Of a stretch of 64,000 bases of DNA, positions 10,444 to 19,229 are shown one piece after another (position 1 is the first letter of the stretch; each line of letters begins with the position of its first letter). The stretch spans positions 224,001 to 288,000 of the forward strand of contig CAVUZH010000018.1 in the NCBI GenBank assembly GCA_963745835.1, read 5' to 3'. Source of the stretch: an uncultured delta proteobacterium (GTDB taxonomy: Bacteria; Desulfobacterota; Binatia; UBA9968). The notes under the pieces were generated by a model that saw only the letters and a list, made by a program, of their open reading frames with translations, had not been told where the DNA came from and did not search any database. Made by a program: the position numbers and the translations under genes.

Positions 10444-10541
10444 GTTCAACAGTTCAAACCGCGCTTCGCGCTATTCAACGACAGGGCGTCGATTGGATCT
10501 GACGTTGAACGTTGAACTATTGAATAGCGAAGCGGTTGAAC
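10444..10541. repeat. GTTCAA/TTGAAC palindromic intergenic repeat
   Basis: TTCAAACCGCGCTTCGCGCTATTCAA pairs with TTGAATAGCGAAGCGGTTGAA; related sequence at about 11918-11958 and 40451-40620. Confidence 0.6.
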
Positions 10542-10543
10542 GG

Positions 10544-11002
10544 TTACTCGCCGGACCGTTTCGCCACGGCACCGCTTTTCGCATGGCGTTCGGTTAGCTC
10601 GATGACGTAGCCGTCCGGGTCCTTGATAAAGGCGTAGATATCCTTGCCGCCCGGCCGGTTCGGTCCCGGGCCGCTGACAAATTCCACCCCCTCTGCTTTG
10701 AGCTTGTCGCTGAGCTTGTAACAGTCCGATACGTAAAGCGCGATGTGACCCGTCCACTGTGCCAGAGGAGCTTTGCCTCGGCTCTCGCTCGATTCGATCA
10801 GCTCCAACGACGGGCCTTCATCCTCGCTGCCATAGCCTAAATAGCGCACCCGCTCGTTTCTATCGGGAACATCTCTGATGCGCTGGATGTCCATGCCGAG
10901 AAGGCGGGTGTAGAAATCGACCGTGCGATCCATGTTGCTCACGGGCAACATGGTATGCCGAATGTGGAGTGTGACGCCATCGATCGTGTTTTGTGGGAGC
11001 AT
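10544..11002 (-). CDS. VOC family protein (glyoxalase I-like)
   Basis: HTMLPV, FYTRLLGM, LELI, GHIAL, FIKDPDGYVIEL. Confidence 0.85.
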   Translation of the reverse strand: MLPQNTIDGVTLHIRHTMLPVSNMDRTVDFYTRLLGMDIQRIRDVPDRNERVRYLGYGSEDEGPSLELIESSESRGKAPLAQWTGHIALYVSDCYKLSDKLKAEGVEFVSGPGPNRPGGKDIYAFIKDPDGYVIELTERHAKSGAVAKRSGE

Positions 11003-11055
11003 GATATCTCCTCAGATCGTGTGGTGATATTCCCGGAGAATCTTCAATCTGGAAA

Positions 11056-11910
11056 CTACGATAACGCTTTGACGAAGGTGCGTTTCAGGAAAACCCCGAT
11101 CAAATGCCGTTTATAATCCGCGCCGCCTTCCAGATCGTCGACGGGATCCGCCGCCTGCGCCAAGGCCTCGGCGGCTTCCGCGAGCTGCCCTTCGACTTGC
11201 GCCTTCGACCCCTGCAGAAGCCGATTGGTTTTCTCTGATTGCGTCGGCACGGCACTGACACTGCCGACCACCGCGTTAGCTTGCTTAATGTTCTCGCCGT
11301 CGATATCAAGCACCAGCGCTAAGCCCAGTGTCGGCCGTTCCTTTAGCTGGTACTTTAAATAAGCGGCGCGTTGACTCGTGGTCGGGATCGGAACCTCGAT
11401 AGCTTCCAGGAGTTCCTCACTTGCCAGCGAAGTTTCGTATGAGCCGGTGATCAGTTTATCGATGGTCACGGTTCGCCTCTTCGACTTCGCCTGCAGATGA
11501 GCTTTGGCGCCGAGGGCCAAGAGTAACGTAGCTGGATCCGAATGGGGTTCGGCAAAACACAGATTTCCACCAAGCGTGCCGCTGGCGCGCACCCGGACAT
11601 TGGCGACATTCCTTTCCATCTGGGCCAGCACCGGCAGATGCTGTTGCACCAGGGGCGAGCGTTCAATGGCGCGATGAGTCGCCGTGCCGCCGATGAAGAG
11701 AGCGCCATCTTTTGATTCGATCTTGTTTAAACCCGGTATCGTTTTAACATCGACCAGGTGCTCGTACCGTAGCAGGTCGTGTTTCATCGCCAGAAGCAGC
11801 TCGGTGCCGCCAGCATAGAGCCGACCTTTTTCGCCGAACTCCGCGAGCATCTCAGAGGCTTCGGCGACACTCTTGGGTTGGTACACCGAAAAACGTCTTA
11901 ACGGCATCAT
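11056..11910 (-). CDS. xanthine dehydrogenase-family Mo-hydroxylase, FAD subunit (CoxM-like)
   Basis: AGGTELL, VRASGTLGGN, SDPAT. Confidence 0.9.
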   Translation of the reverse strand: MMPLRRFSVYQPKSVAEASEMLAEFGEKGRLYAGGTELLLAMKHDLLRYEHLVDVKTIPGLNKIESKDGALFIGGTATHRAIERSPLVQQHLPVLAQMERNVANVRVRASGTLGGNLCFAEPHSDPATLLLALGAKAHLQAKSKRRTVTIDKLITGSYETSLASEELLEAIEVPIPTTSQRAAYLKYQLKERPTLGLALVLDIDGENIKQANAVVGSVSAVPTQSEKTNRLLQGSKAQVEGQLAEAAEALAQAADPVDDLEGGADYKRHLIGVFLKRTFVKALS

Positions 11911-11984
11911 GATCTTTTAACGTTCCAATCGTTCAAGCATTTCAGGCAGTTCAAATCGTGAGAAAACACTGGCTACAATCTAGT

Positions 11985-14273
11985 TTACTTTTTGGAAGCT
12001 TGTTTTTCTTTGAGTGCGCGCCAGACTTTCTCCGGAGTGAGCGGCGCCTGGCGGATGCGAACACCCGCGGCGCGGTCGACGGCGTTGGCGATGTTGGCGG
12101 CCATGGAATTCAATGACGCTTCGCCTCCGCCTTTGGCGCCGTAAGGGCCCACGCCGTCCTGGTTCTGCACCAGATGGAGCTCGACTTTTTTCGGCAAATC
12201 AGAAAAGCGCGGCAGGCGATAATCCAAAATAGATCCGTTCATCAGCTGGGAACCTTCATAGATCAGTTCTTCGAACAAACCGATTCCCATTCCCATGGTC
12301 GCGGCGCCGATATCTTGGCCTTCGGCCAAGGCCGGATTGATCGCCAACCCGACATCGCCGACCGTCGCCAGTTTCTCCATGGTAATTTTGCCGGTTTCCT
12401 CGTCAACCGAGATTTCGACACCGGTTGCGGCAGCTTCCCAGAATACCGGCAGAGCCGCGAACTTGCCCGACTTTCTAATGTAGGAACGGCCGATGACTTC
12501 GCCGTCCGGAAGCGCATAGAACTTGCTGATCACTTCCGACCAATTGAGCTGCGCTTCGCCGCAGCGCACGCCGCCACGAACTACCTGGATGTCTTCAACT
12601 TTCACTTTCAGGACGTCGGCGGCCATCACCACCATCTGCTGGATCGCTTCGCGGCTGGCTTCCAAAACAGCGCTTCCCATCAACGTGGTCGTGCGGCTGG
12701 CGCCAGTGGATCGATCGTAGGGGGTGATTGCCGTGTCCGATGAAACAACATTGACCTTGTCGAAATCGACACCCAACTCTTCCGCGGCAATTTGCGGAAT
12801 GACAGTGTGACTTCCCTGGCCGAGCTCGGTGCTGCCGGTCATGATCGTGACCGAACCATCGGCATGCACCCGCACCGCCGTCGACGTGAGCGGGTAAGCG
12901 CCGGCATCGCTGCCGGAGCAGGCAACGCCCCGCCCGTGGCCCTTTGGTAAAGGATCTCTCCAGCCAACCGCGTTTGCCGCGGTGTCGAGATCTTCTTTCA
13001 AGGTCCCATCGAAGGGGCGCATTCCGGGAAAAAATTCTTCACCTGGTTTCGCCGCATTCGCCAGGCGAAACTCGTAAGGATCTTTACCGATCTTAGCGGC
13101 GAGCTCGTCGATTTGCGATTCGCCGGGCAAAGTCACCTGTGCGCAGCCAAAACCCCGATACGAACTCGCCGGCACGGTATTGGTGTAAAGCGAGCAGTTT
13201 TCGATCAAGACATTCGGAATCGCGTAAGGACCGACGCAGCGGTTGCTCGACTTCTCGACCACAAGAGGGCTGTTTTCCGCATAAGCTCCGGTGTTCATGT
13301 AAATCTTCGCCTGTCGCGCGATGATTTTGCCGTTGGCATCCACTGCCGTGCGCATCCAGGTATAGGCGTCATCGCTGCGCGTGGTAAGCATCGCTTCCTC
13401 GATTGTCAGCTGCAGCTTCACCGGTCGCTTGGCTTTCCATGAACAGGCCGCTACCAGCGGCTCGATTTTCGTATACGACTTGCTACCGTAGCCGCCGCCG
13501 ACAAACGGCACGATCAAACGCACTTTGCTGACCGGCCGATTGAACACAGTCTTAAGGTCGTGTCGAACCATGAACGGATGCTGCGCCGACGAATAAATAT
13601 TGACCCCTTGATCGGTGACATCGGCAACGGCGACGTAGGCTTCCATCGCGTAGGCGTAGGTCATCGGAAAATAGTACTCGGCCTCGACGACAGCGGCAGC
13701 GCTCTTGAAAGCTTCGTCGACGTTGCCCCATCTCACTTCGTGTTTCTGGCAAACGTTGCTTCCCTTGCCTGCGGTAACTTCGCCCTCGAAACCACGTAGG
13801 GCGCCGGCCTCGAACTGTCTTTCGTGCAGCAGCGGAGCATCTTTCGCTAATGCCTCTTGCGGCGTGAACACCGCCGGGAGCTCCTGGTATTTCACATCGA
13901 TGAACTCGAGCGCTTCGAAAGCGGTGCGCTCATCTATGGCGACCACAGCAGCTACCGGCTCGCCGGCATAACGGACTTTATCAATCGCCAGCAATGGATG
14001 ATCCTTGACCGCATGGCCATAATAAGGGTTCAGCCCCTCGAGATCATTGCCGGTGACCACGCAGAATACTCCCGGTTGCGCGGCAGCTCGTGATGTATCG
14101 ATGGAAATGATCTTGGCGTGCGCATAGGGGCTGCGCAGCACTTTGGCGTAGGCCATGCCGATGAGCTTCAAGTCGGCCACATACTGGGCCTTTCCGGTGA
14201 CTTTTACACGGCCGTCGCGCCGCGGCACCGAATGATTGACGACATGAAAATCGTTTTTCTTCTCTGGGCTCAC
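11985..14273 (-). CDS. xanthine dehydrogenase-family molybdopterin subunit
   Basis: KVTGKAQY, GGGYGSK, SYRGFG, ELGQG, AKGGGE; GTG start. Confidence 0.92.
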   Translation of the reverse strand: MSPEKKNDFHVVNHSVPRRDGRVKVTGKAQYVADLKLIGMAYAKVLRSPYAHAKIISIDTSRAAAQPGVFCVVTGNDLEGLNPYYGHAVKDHPLLAIDKVRYAGEPVAAVVAIDERTAFEALEFIDVKYQELPAVFTPQEALAKDAPLLHERQFEAGALRGFEGEVTAGKGSNVCQKHEVRWGNVDEAFKSAAAVVEAEYYFPMTYAYAMEAYVAVADVTDQGVNIYSSAQHPFMVRHDLKTVFNRPVSKVRLIVPFVGGGYGSKSYTKIEPLVAACSWKAKRPVKLQLTIEEAMLTTRSDDAYTWMRTAVDANGKIIARQAKIYMNTGAYAENSPLVVEKSSNRCVGPYAIPNVLIENCSLYTNTVPASSYRGFGCAQVTLPGESQIDELAAKIGKDPYEFRLANAAKPGEEFFPGMRPFDGTLKEDLDTAANAVGWRDPLPKGHGRGVACSGSDAGAYPLTSTAVRVHADGSVTIMTGSTELGQGSHTVIPQIAAEELGVDFDKVNVVSSDTAITPYDRSTGASRTTTLMGSAVLEASREAIQQMVVMAADVLKVKVEDIQVVRGGVRCGEAQLNWSEVISKFYALPDGEVIGRSYIRKSGKFAALPVFWEAAATGVEISVDEETGKITMEKLATVGDVGLAINPALAEGQDIGAATMGMGIGLFEELIYEGSQLMNGSILDYRLPRFSDLPKKVELHLVQNQDGVGPYGAKGGGEASLNSMAANIANAVDRAAGVRIRQAPLTPEKVWRALKEKQASKK

Positions 14274-14482
14274 TACTTGGACTCCTTGCTCATCGCCTGA
14301 GCGGCCGGTTCAATGGGTGATTGATTACGTAGAATGTTTTTCTCTGCATTCACTTCTTCCGCGTCCCTATTCATCGCCTGGGCAGCGCGTTGAATGAGTG
14401 ACTGATAGACCACGTAGAAGTCGGTTTTTTCTCTGCGCTCATTTTTTCTCGCTTGCTCATCACCTGGGCCGCGCGTTGAATG
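14233..14482. repeat. three degenerate ~83-bp tandem copies of the S/L subunit gene junction
   Basis: Units at 14233-14315, 14316-14396 and 14397-14482 each contain TTTTTCT...CATC(G/A)CCTG...GTT(G/C)AATG. Confidence 0.8.
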
Positions 14483-14925
14483 GCGGCAACGATCGGCACG
14501 TAGCCGGTGCAGCGGCAGATATTTCCGTCCATATGATGAATTATTTCCTCGCGGCTCGGTGTCGGATTTTCATCCAGCAGCGCTTTGGCAGACATAATCA
14601 TGCCCGGTGTGCAGAAACCGCATTGGAAGGCAAAATCGTCGATAAAGGCCTGCTGAATTGGGTGGAGTGTGCCGTCGGGTTTTTCCAAGCCTTCAATCGT
14701 TGTGACGCTCTTACCCTGTGCTTCGTATGCTAGATACGTGCAGGCACTTACCGGCAGGTCGTTTACGAGAACCGTACAAGCGCCGCAAACCTGGACCTCA
14801 CAGGATATTTTTGTGCCGTTTAGATTGAGCTGGTTACGAAGAACTTCGGCGAGGGTTTCTTCGGCCTCGCATTCGATTTCAACGGGCTTGCCGTTGAGGT
14901 GAAAGTTCAGAGCGACATTTCTCAT
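14371..14925 (-). CDS. (2Fe-2S)-binding subunit (CoxS-like)
   Basis: CEVQVCGACTV; QCGFCTPG; GNICRCTGY. Confidence 0.92.
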   Translation of the reverse strand: MRNVALNFHLNGKPVEIECEAEETLAEVLRNQLNLNGTKISCEVQVCGACTVLVNDLPVSACTYLAYEAQGKSVTTIEGLEKPDGTLHPIQQAFIDDFAFQCGFCTPGMIMSAKALLDENPTPSREEIIHHMDGNICRCTGYVPIVAAIQRAAQVMSKREKMSAEKKPTSTWSISHSFNALPRR

Positions 14926-14929
14926 TCGA

Positions 14930-15952
14930 TCACTCGTAGTGCGGCAAAATTGACTCGGCCCACAAGGTCATCTGACGTTCCAAACTGTCCATGCTCGGAT
15001 AAATAATTTTGAGCTCGAAATGCTGTACGCCGTTCTCGATGAATTCATCGACACGACGGCGCACGTCATCTACCGAACCGAAGATGTGGCGATCCAGGGC
15101 AAACTGCATGCTGTCGATGTCGCGCTCGTAGCTTTCGCTACTGGTTTTCAGGGTCGGCAACGCGAGCTGCAAGCCTTCGTCGCGGGTCTTGGCGATGGTC
15201 GCGAGCTTTTCAACGGCAATGGTTATCTTTTTCGGATCGCGGCCGTTTTCCTGCGCCGTCTGCGCTAGAATGTCGCAGCCCACTTTCATTTCCTTGGGCG
15301 AGAGCCAGCCGGGAATCCAGCCTTCGCCATATTTTCCGGCGCGCTTAGCAGCAAGCTTCATCCAGCCGCCGACCCAAACCGGTGGATGGGGTTTTTGCAC
15401 CGGCTTGGGATAAACCTCGGCATCCTTAAATTCGATAAATTCACCCTTGTATGTTGCCAAGGGTTGTGTCCAAACCGCTTTCATCGCTTCGATATACTCA
15501 TCGGTGCGATCGCCGCGCCGTTCATAAGGCACACCGAAGACGCCGAACTCGTCGGATTCACGAGTAGCTTTCGAGCCAAGACCGACGCCGACCAACAGAC
15601 GACCCTTGGCTAGGTGATCCAATGTCGAATACTGCTTTGCCGCATAAATCGGATTACGGCAGGGCATTACCAAGCACGCAACGCCAAGCGTGATCGTTTT
15701 GGTCTCCGCCGCCAGATAGGAGAGGATCGTGGTCGCTTCAAAAAAGTTCGCCTCCTGAGTATCCGTTAAGGCTTCAGCGGCGCCAGAAGAGATGTGATGG
15801 CGATGCATCTCCGAACTCCAGACCACGTGATCGTGAACCCAGATGGCGTCAAAGCCGAGTTCTTCTGCCTTCTTTGTGGCTTTAACGATATTCTCGATGC
15901 TCGAAAGCGGGCCGGAATTCGGCACCCGCACGCCAAACGAAATATTGTGCAT
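14930..15952 (-). CDS. LLM-class flavin/F420-dependent oxidoreductase
   Basis: AEELGFDAIWVHDH, PKPVQKPHPPVWVGG; AGGAG RBS supports a start at 15952. Confidence 0.88.
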   Translation of the reverse strand: MHNISFGVRVPNSGPLSSIENIVKATKKAEELGFDAIWVHDHVVWSSEMHRHHISSGAAEALTDTQEANFFEATTILSYLAAETKTITLGVACLVMPCRNPIYAAKQYSTLDHLAKGRLLVGVGLGSKATRESDEFGVFGVPYERRGDRTDEYIEAMKAVWTQPLATYKGEFIEFKDAEVYPKPVQKPHPPVWVGGWMKLAAKRAGKYGEGWIPGWLSPKEMKVGCDILAQTAQENGRDPKKITIAVEKLATIAKTRDEGLQLALPTLKTSSESYERDIDSMQFALDRHIFGSVDDVRRRVDEFIENGVQHFELKIIYPSMDSLERQMTLWAESILPHYE

Positions 15953-16012
15953 GACTTGTGCTCCTAATTTAGTAGCTTCAGCAGGGCTTTTGCGCCAAAA
16001 TGCGAGAGAAAC

Positions 16013-16150
16013 AAATCCGAAATCCGAATATCGAAATCCCAAACAAACAGCAGCAAATCAAATCCTGGTCCAAACCTCAAAACGGGGCTTGTTTGGGATT
16101 TTTTTTCATTTTGAATTTGTTTCGAACTTCGGATTTGGAGTTTGCGACTT
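16013..16150. repeat. AAATCCGAA...TTCGGATTT palindromic intergenic repeat, copy 1
   Basis: AAATCCGAAATCCGAATATCG...TTGTTTCGAACTTCGGATTT; second copy at 47015-47140. Confidence 0.7.
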
Positions 16151-16180
16151 ACAGCGCGGTGGCCAGCACTTACCGATCGG

Positions 16181-17101
16181 CTACTCCTTTTCAGTGATCT
16201 CGACTTTGTTGTATTTCAAGTGACGGTTATACCAGTCGACAATGTTGGCGGCGACGTCGTCGAAGTAATCGTTGTAAATGCCGTAATGGGTCGTCTTCTT
16301 ATAGAGCACGAGTTTTTTCGGCTCCCGCGCCTTTTCGTACAAATCAAAGGACTGCTGTTCCGGCGTGACCGCATCGCCTTCCACGGCGATGAACAACACG
16401 CCGCGCGGCGAAATTTTATCGACCACATCGATGGGGCTGTATTCCAAAATCCCTTCGGCGCAGGCCAGCGGCATGGCGTCGGGAATCTTATCGGCCACAT
16501 CTTTCTTGATGTTGGTGGTTTGACGCTCCGGAGTTTGCACCATAATGCCTCCCTCCCGGGCGCTAACCATCGCGCCAGAGCCGGTGGTTACCCGTTTCTT
16601 CCGATCTTCTTCGATGCTCTTGAGGTAATCGATCCATTCATACTCGCGCCGCATCGAATGGAGCCAGTCACGCCCGTTGCTGACACCCAGATAGCTGACG
16701 CAGCACTTGACTCGTTGATCGATGGCCGCGACATAGACGGCGTTGCCGCCGCCAGTGCCGCCGGAGCCGTAAGTAGCGATTCGGTCAGGATCGATCTCGG
16801 CTCGTGTTTGCATAAAGGTAATGGCGTTACGGATGTCCTCCGCTTGCCATTTCGGCATGACCCAGCCGCGATCGTTGCCTTCGCTGTCACCCCAACCGCG
16901 ATAATCAAAGCATAAGCAGGCGTAGCCCGCGGCGCACAGTTTCTCGAACATCATGATGTAGTGCTTGGCATCTTTAAGACCGAGAAAACCGGGGCCTTGC
17001 ACAATGCCGGCAAACGGTTTGTCTTTATCGGAATCCGGCAAGTAGAGCACGCCGGCGAGCTTGATGCCTTCGCTGTAAAAATTTACCTTCTCTGTACGCA
17101 T
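16181..17101 (-). CDS. alpha/beta hydrolase fold protein
   Basis: FDYRGWGDSEG, IDPDRI, EPKKL, THYGIY; AGGAG RBS before ATG 17101; the longer ORF-track N-terminus is MITE sequence. Confidence 0.85.
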   Translation of the reverse strand: MRTEKVNFYSEGIKLAGVLYLPDSDKDKPFAGIVQGPGFLGLKDAKHYIMMFEKLCAAGYACLCFDYRGWGDSEGNDRGWVMPKWQAEDIRNAITFMQTRAEIDPDRIATYGSGGTGGGNAVYVAAIDQRVKCCVSYLGVSNGRDWLHSMRREYEWIDYLKSIEEDRKKRVTTGSGAMVSAREGGIMVQTPERQTTNIKKDVADKIPDAMPLACAEGILEYSPIDVVDKISPRGVLFIAVEGDAVTPEQQSFDLYEKAREPKKLVLYKKTTHYGIYNDYFDDVAANIVDWYNRHLKYNKVEITEKE

Positions 17102-17116
17102 ATCAAACTCCTGTGA

Positions 17117-17236
17117 CAGGCCGTTGAAAGGCTCATCTGCTTCGTTGCCCTCGATCGCCTCGCTCCAACGTACCTGAGTTCGTCTACGCTCATCGATTCT
17201 CGCGCGCCTCGCATCTAGACTCTTTTGCACGACCTG
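17117..17236. mobile_element. MITE family A, degenerate copy
   Basis: CAGGCCGTTGAAAG...GCTTCGTTGC...CGCGCGCCT...CTTTTGCACGACCTG. Confidence 0.7.
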
Positions 17237-17308
17237 AAATCAAACCTGGACCTTCAACACACTCTTAAATATTGTCCGAGATCCAAACCCCCGCACCCGA
17301 AACCTACG

Positions 17309-18310
17309 TTACGCCCGCACCTTGGGTAGAACTTCCTGGCCGAGATAATCGATCTGCTCGTACCAATCGGCATAGCGGAATCGCAAGTCGAAAACGATAT
17401 GATTCAAACCGGCTTCTTCGTAGCGTTTGGTATCACGGGCGATATCCGCTGGAGTCCCCGCCATCAGCAGCCCTTCGATGTCCTCGACGGTGGAGAAGGT
17501 GCCGGACTTGGGTTTGACCCAGGTCTTTTTGCTCGGGGAATTGCCTTCGTTGATGAGCCCCTTGGTGTTGACTTTGCTGAGAGCAACGTCGCGGTTCTTA
17601 TCGATACTGGTGATCGGGATTGCGCCGGTGGTTACCATGGGCCGTCCGGCCAGCTTGCACTGCTCTTCGAGGTACTTGACCATTTTGTTAAATGTCGCCG
17701 TCGGAATACGTCCGGGCATCCAGCCGTCACAGTAATCCGCCGCGCGGCGGCATGAGGCCGGCGTTCCACCACCGTACCAGATTGGAATGGTTTTACTCGG
17801 CGTCGGTCTGAGCTCAACGTCTTTGAACTCGTAGTAGTCATCTTTATAATGGTCGACCTTTTCACCGGCCCAGAAACGGCGGCATAGCAGCGCGTTTGCC
17901 TTGGCGATGTTGGCGCGATCCTGCAAAGTAACTTTTTTATAACCTGCCGCCTCGAATTCGTGAGGAAAAGTTCCGAGGCCGAGGCCCATGATGATATTGC
18001 TGTCGCAGAGTGTGCTCAGGCCCGCAACGGCCTGCGCCAAATGAATCGGATGTCGGTGCGAAATCATCGTGCCGGTGCCGAGAATGAGTTTTTTGCACAC
18101 CGAAGCGATCGCCGCCAGTATCAACAGCCCCTCGATATGGGTGTTATCGTTTCCCTCCATGCCGTGCGGTTCAAAAACCAGGTGGTCCCTGACCCAAACC
18201 GAGTCGAAGCCATACTCTTCCGCTTTCTTCGAGCCCTCGATACAGCTTTCGGACGACGCATATTCGCCGAAATGAGGTAAGAGCAATCCAAATTTGAGTT
18301 TTGTCGCCAT
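17309..18310 (-). CDS. LLM-class flavin/F420-dependent oxidoreductase
   Basis: AEEYGFDSVWVRDH; IPIWYGG; DGWMP. Confidence 0.88.
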   Translation of the reverse strand: MATKLKFGLLLPHFGEYASSESCIEGSKKAEEYGFDSVWVRDHLVFEPHGMEGNDNTHIEGLLILAAIASVCKKLILGTGTMISHRHPIHLAQAVAGLSTLCDSNIIMGLGLGTFPHEFEAAGYKKVTLQDRANIAKANALLCRRFWAGEKVDHYKDDYYEFKDVELRPTPSKTIPIWYGGGTPASCRRAADYCDGWMPGRIPTATFNKMVKYLEEQCKLAGRPMVTTGAIPITSIDKNRDVALSKVNTKGLINEGNSPSKKTWVKPKSGTFSTVEDIEGLLMAGTPADIARDTKRYEEAGLNHIVFDLRFRYADWYEQIDYLGQEVLPKVRA

Positions 18311-18530
18311 ATCTCTTCTCCTTATTTCTTCTCAGTTAAAAAAAATCACTTAACATATTCATTGCGGCATTGTCTATGATGGGCGCGTGATCGTTGTGCC
18401 GGCTTAAGATGTTGAAAAAGGTGCGACAATGAAAACGAATTGTGCTTTACAGCTCTGCAACCATGGGCCAACCCTGCTCAGGACGCGAGCTGATCAATTC
18501 CACCGTTCAACGGCGCGCAGCATCTACCGG

Positions 18531-18938
18531 TTAAGGCGCTTTGTGGCTTAGCTGAGGTTCATAGAGCATTTGTATGACGATGCCGTCGGGATCGGCGCAG
18601 TAGAAGGAGGCGCTGCCATCGCGATGAATTTTAAATGGGTGGACTATGGTAACGCCGGCACAACGGAACTGTTCTTCAAGCTCTTGAACCCGCTCGATGC
18701 TCTCGACGATGAAGCCGAAATGGTCCAGGTGCTGCTCCGCTGCTATGCCTGCAAAGCCGGCGGTTACCTGGTGCAGAGCAAGATTGTCGTAGCCGGACGA
18801 GAGATACACATTCTCTGGGTCCGGTTCCCAAACCACATCCATGCCGAGCATATTTTTATAAAAGCTCTTCGCCTTCGCTATATCTCTGACTTTAAGCGCA
18901 ATGTGGCGCATCCCTTTGACGCCCCCGAGTGGACTCAT
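18531..18938 (-). CDS. VOC family protein
   Basis: RHIALKV, LDHFGF, FYCADPDG; start uncertain. Confidence 0.8.
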   Translation of the reverse strand: MSPLGGVKGMRHIALKVRDIAKAKSFYKNMLGMDVVWEPDPENVYLSSGYDNLALHQVTAGFAGIAAEQHLDHFGFIVESIERVQELEEQFRCAGVTIVHPFKIHRDGSASFYCADPDGIVIQMLYEPQLSHKAP

Positions 18939-19229
18939 GGCAGTAATATATGACACCGTCCCGGCAACGCTGCAATCCACGCTCGGTGGTAATCGGTTCG
19001 AGCCAGTCTTGTTGAATCCGACTTGGCTCGGCGTCCGAAACGATAGCAGTTCAAGTCTGCTTTATTGACCCAATGTGGCACGGATCCTGACTCCGCCCGC
19101 AAATCGCCGGCAGGTATACAACGCTTCTTGGCGATTGCTCGTAGGCATTCTGGCCGTCGTCTGTTAGAGTTCACTGGCGAAAAAGTCAAATTTATGCTCT
19201 ATAAAGGAGTCTCTCCACCGTCTTCAAAC

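Noticed and set aside
14233-14482. CRISPR-like array
   Set aside because: Units are degenerate whole-length duplicates of coding sequence with no unique spacers, and no cas genes are present
11056-14925. Aerobic CO dehydrogenase
   Set aside because: Active-site loop is SYRGFG rather than AYxCSFR; gene order is S-L-M; no cox accessory genes
17102-17230. N-terminal ORF extensions (also 15953-16042, 28007-28021, 49053-49100) and ORFs 27900-28187 and 51240-51668
   Set aside because: They translate MITE or repeat sequence; RBS-supported starts lie downstream
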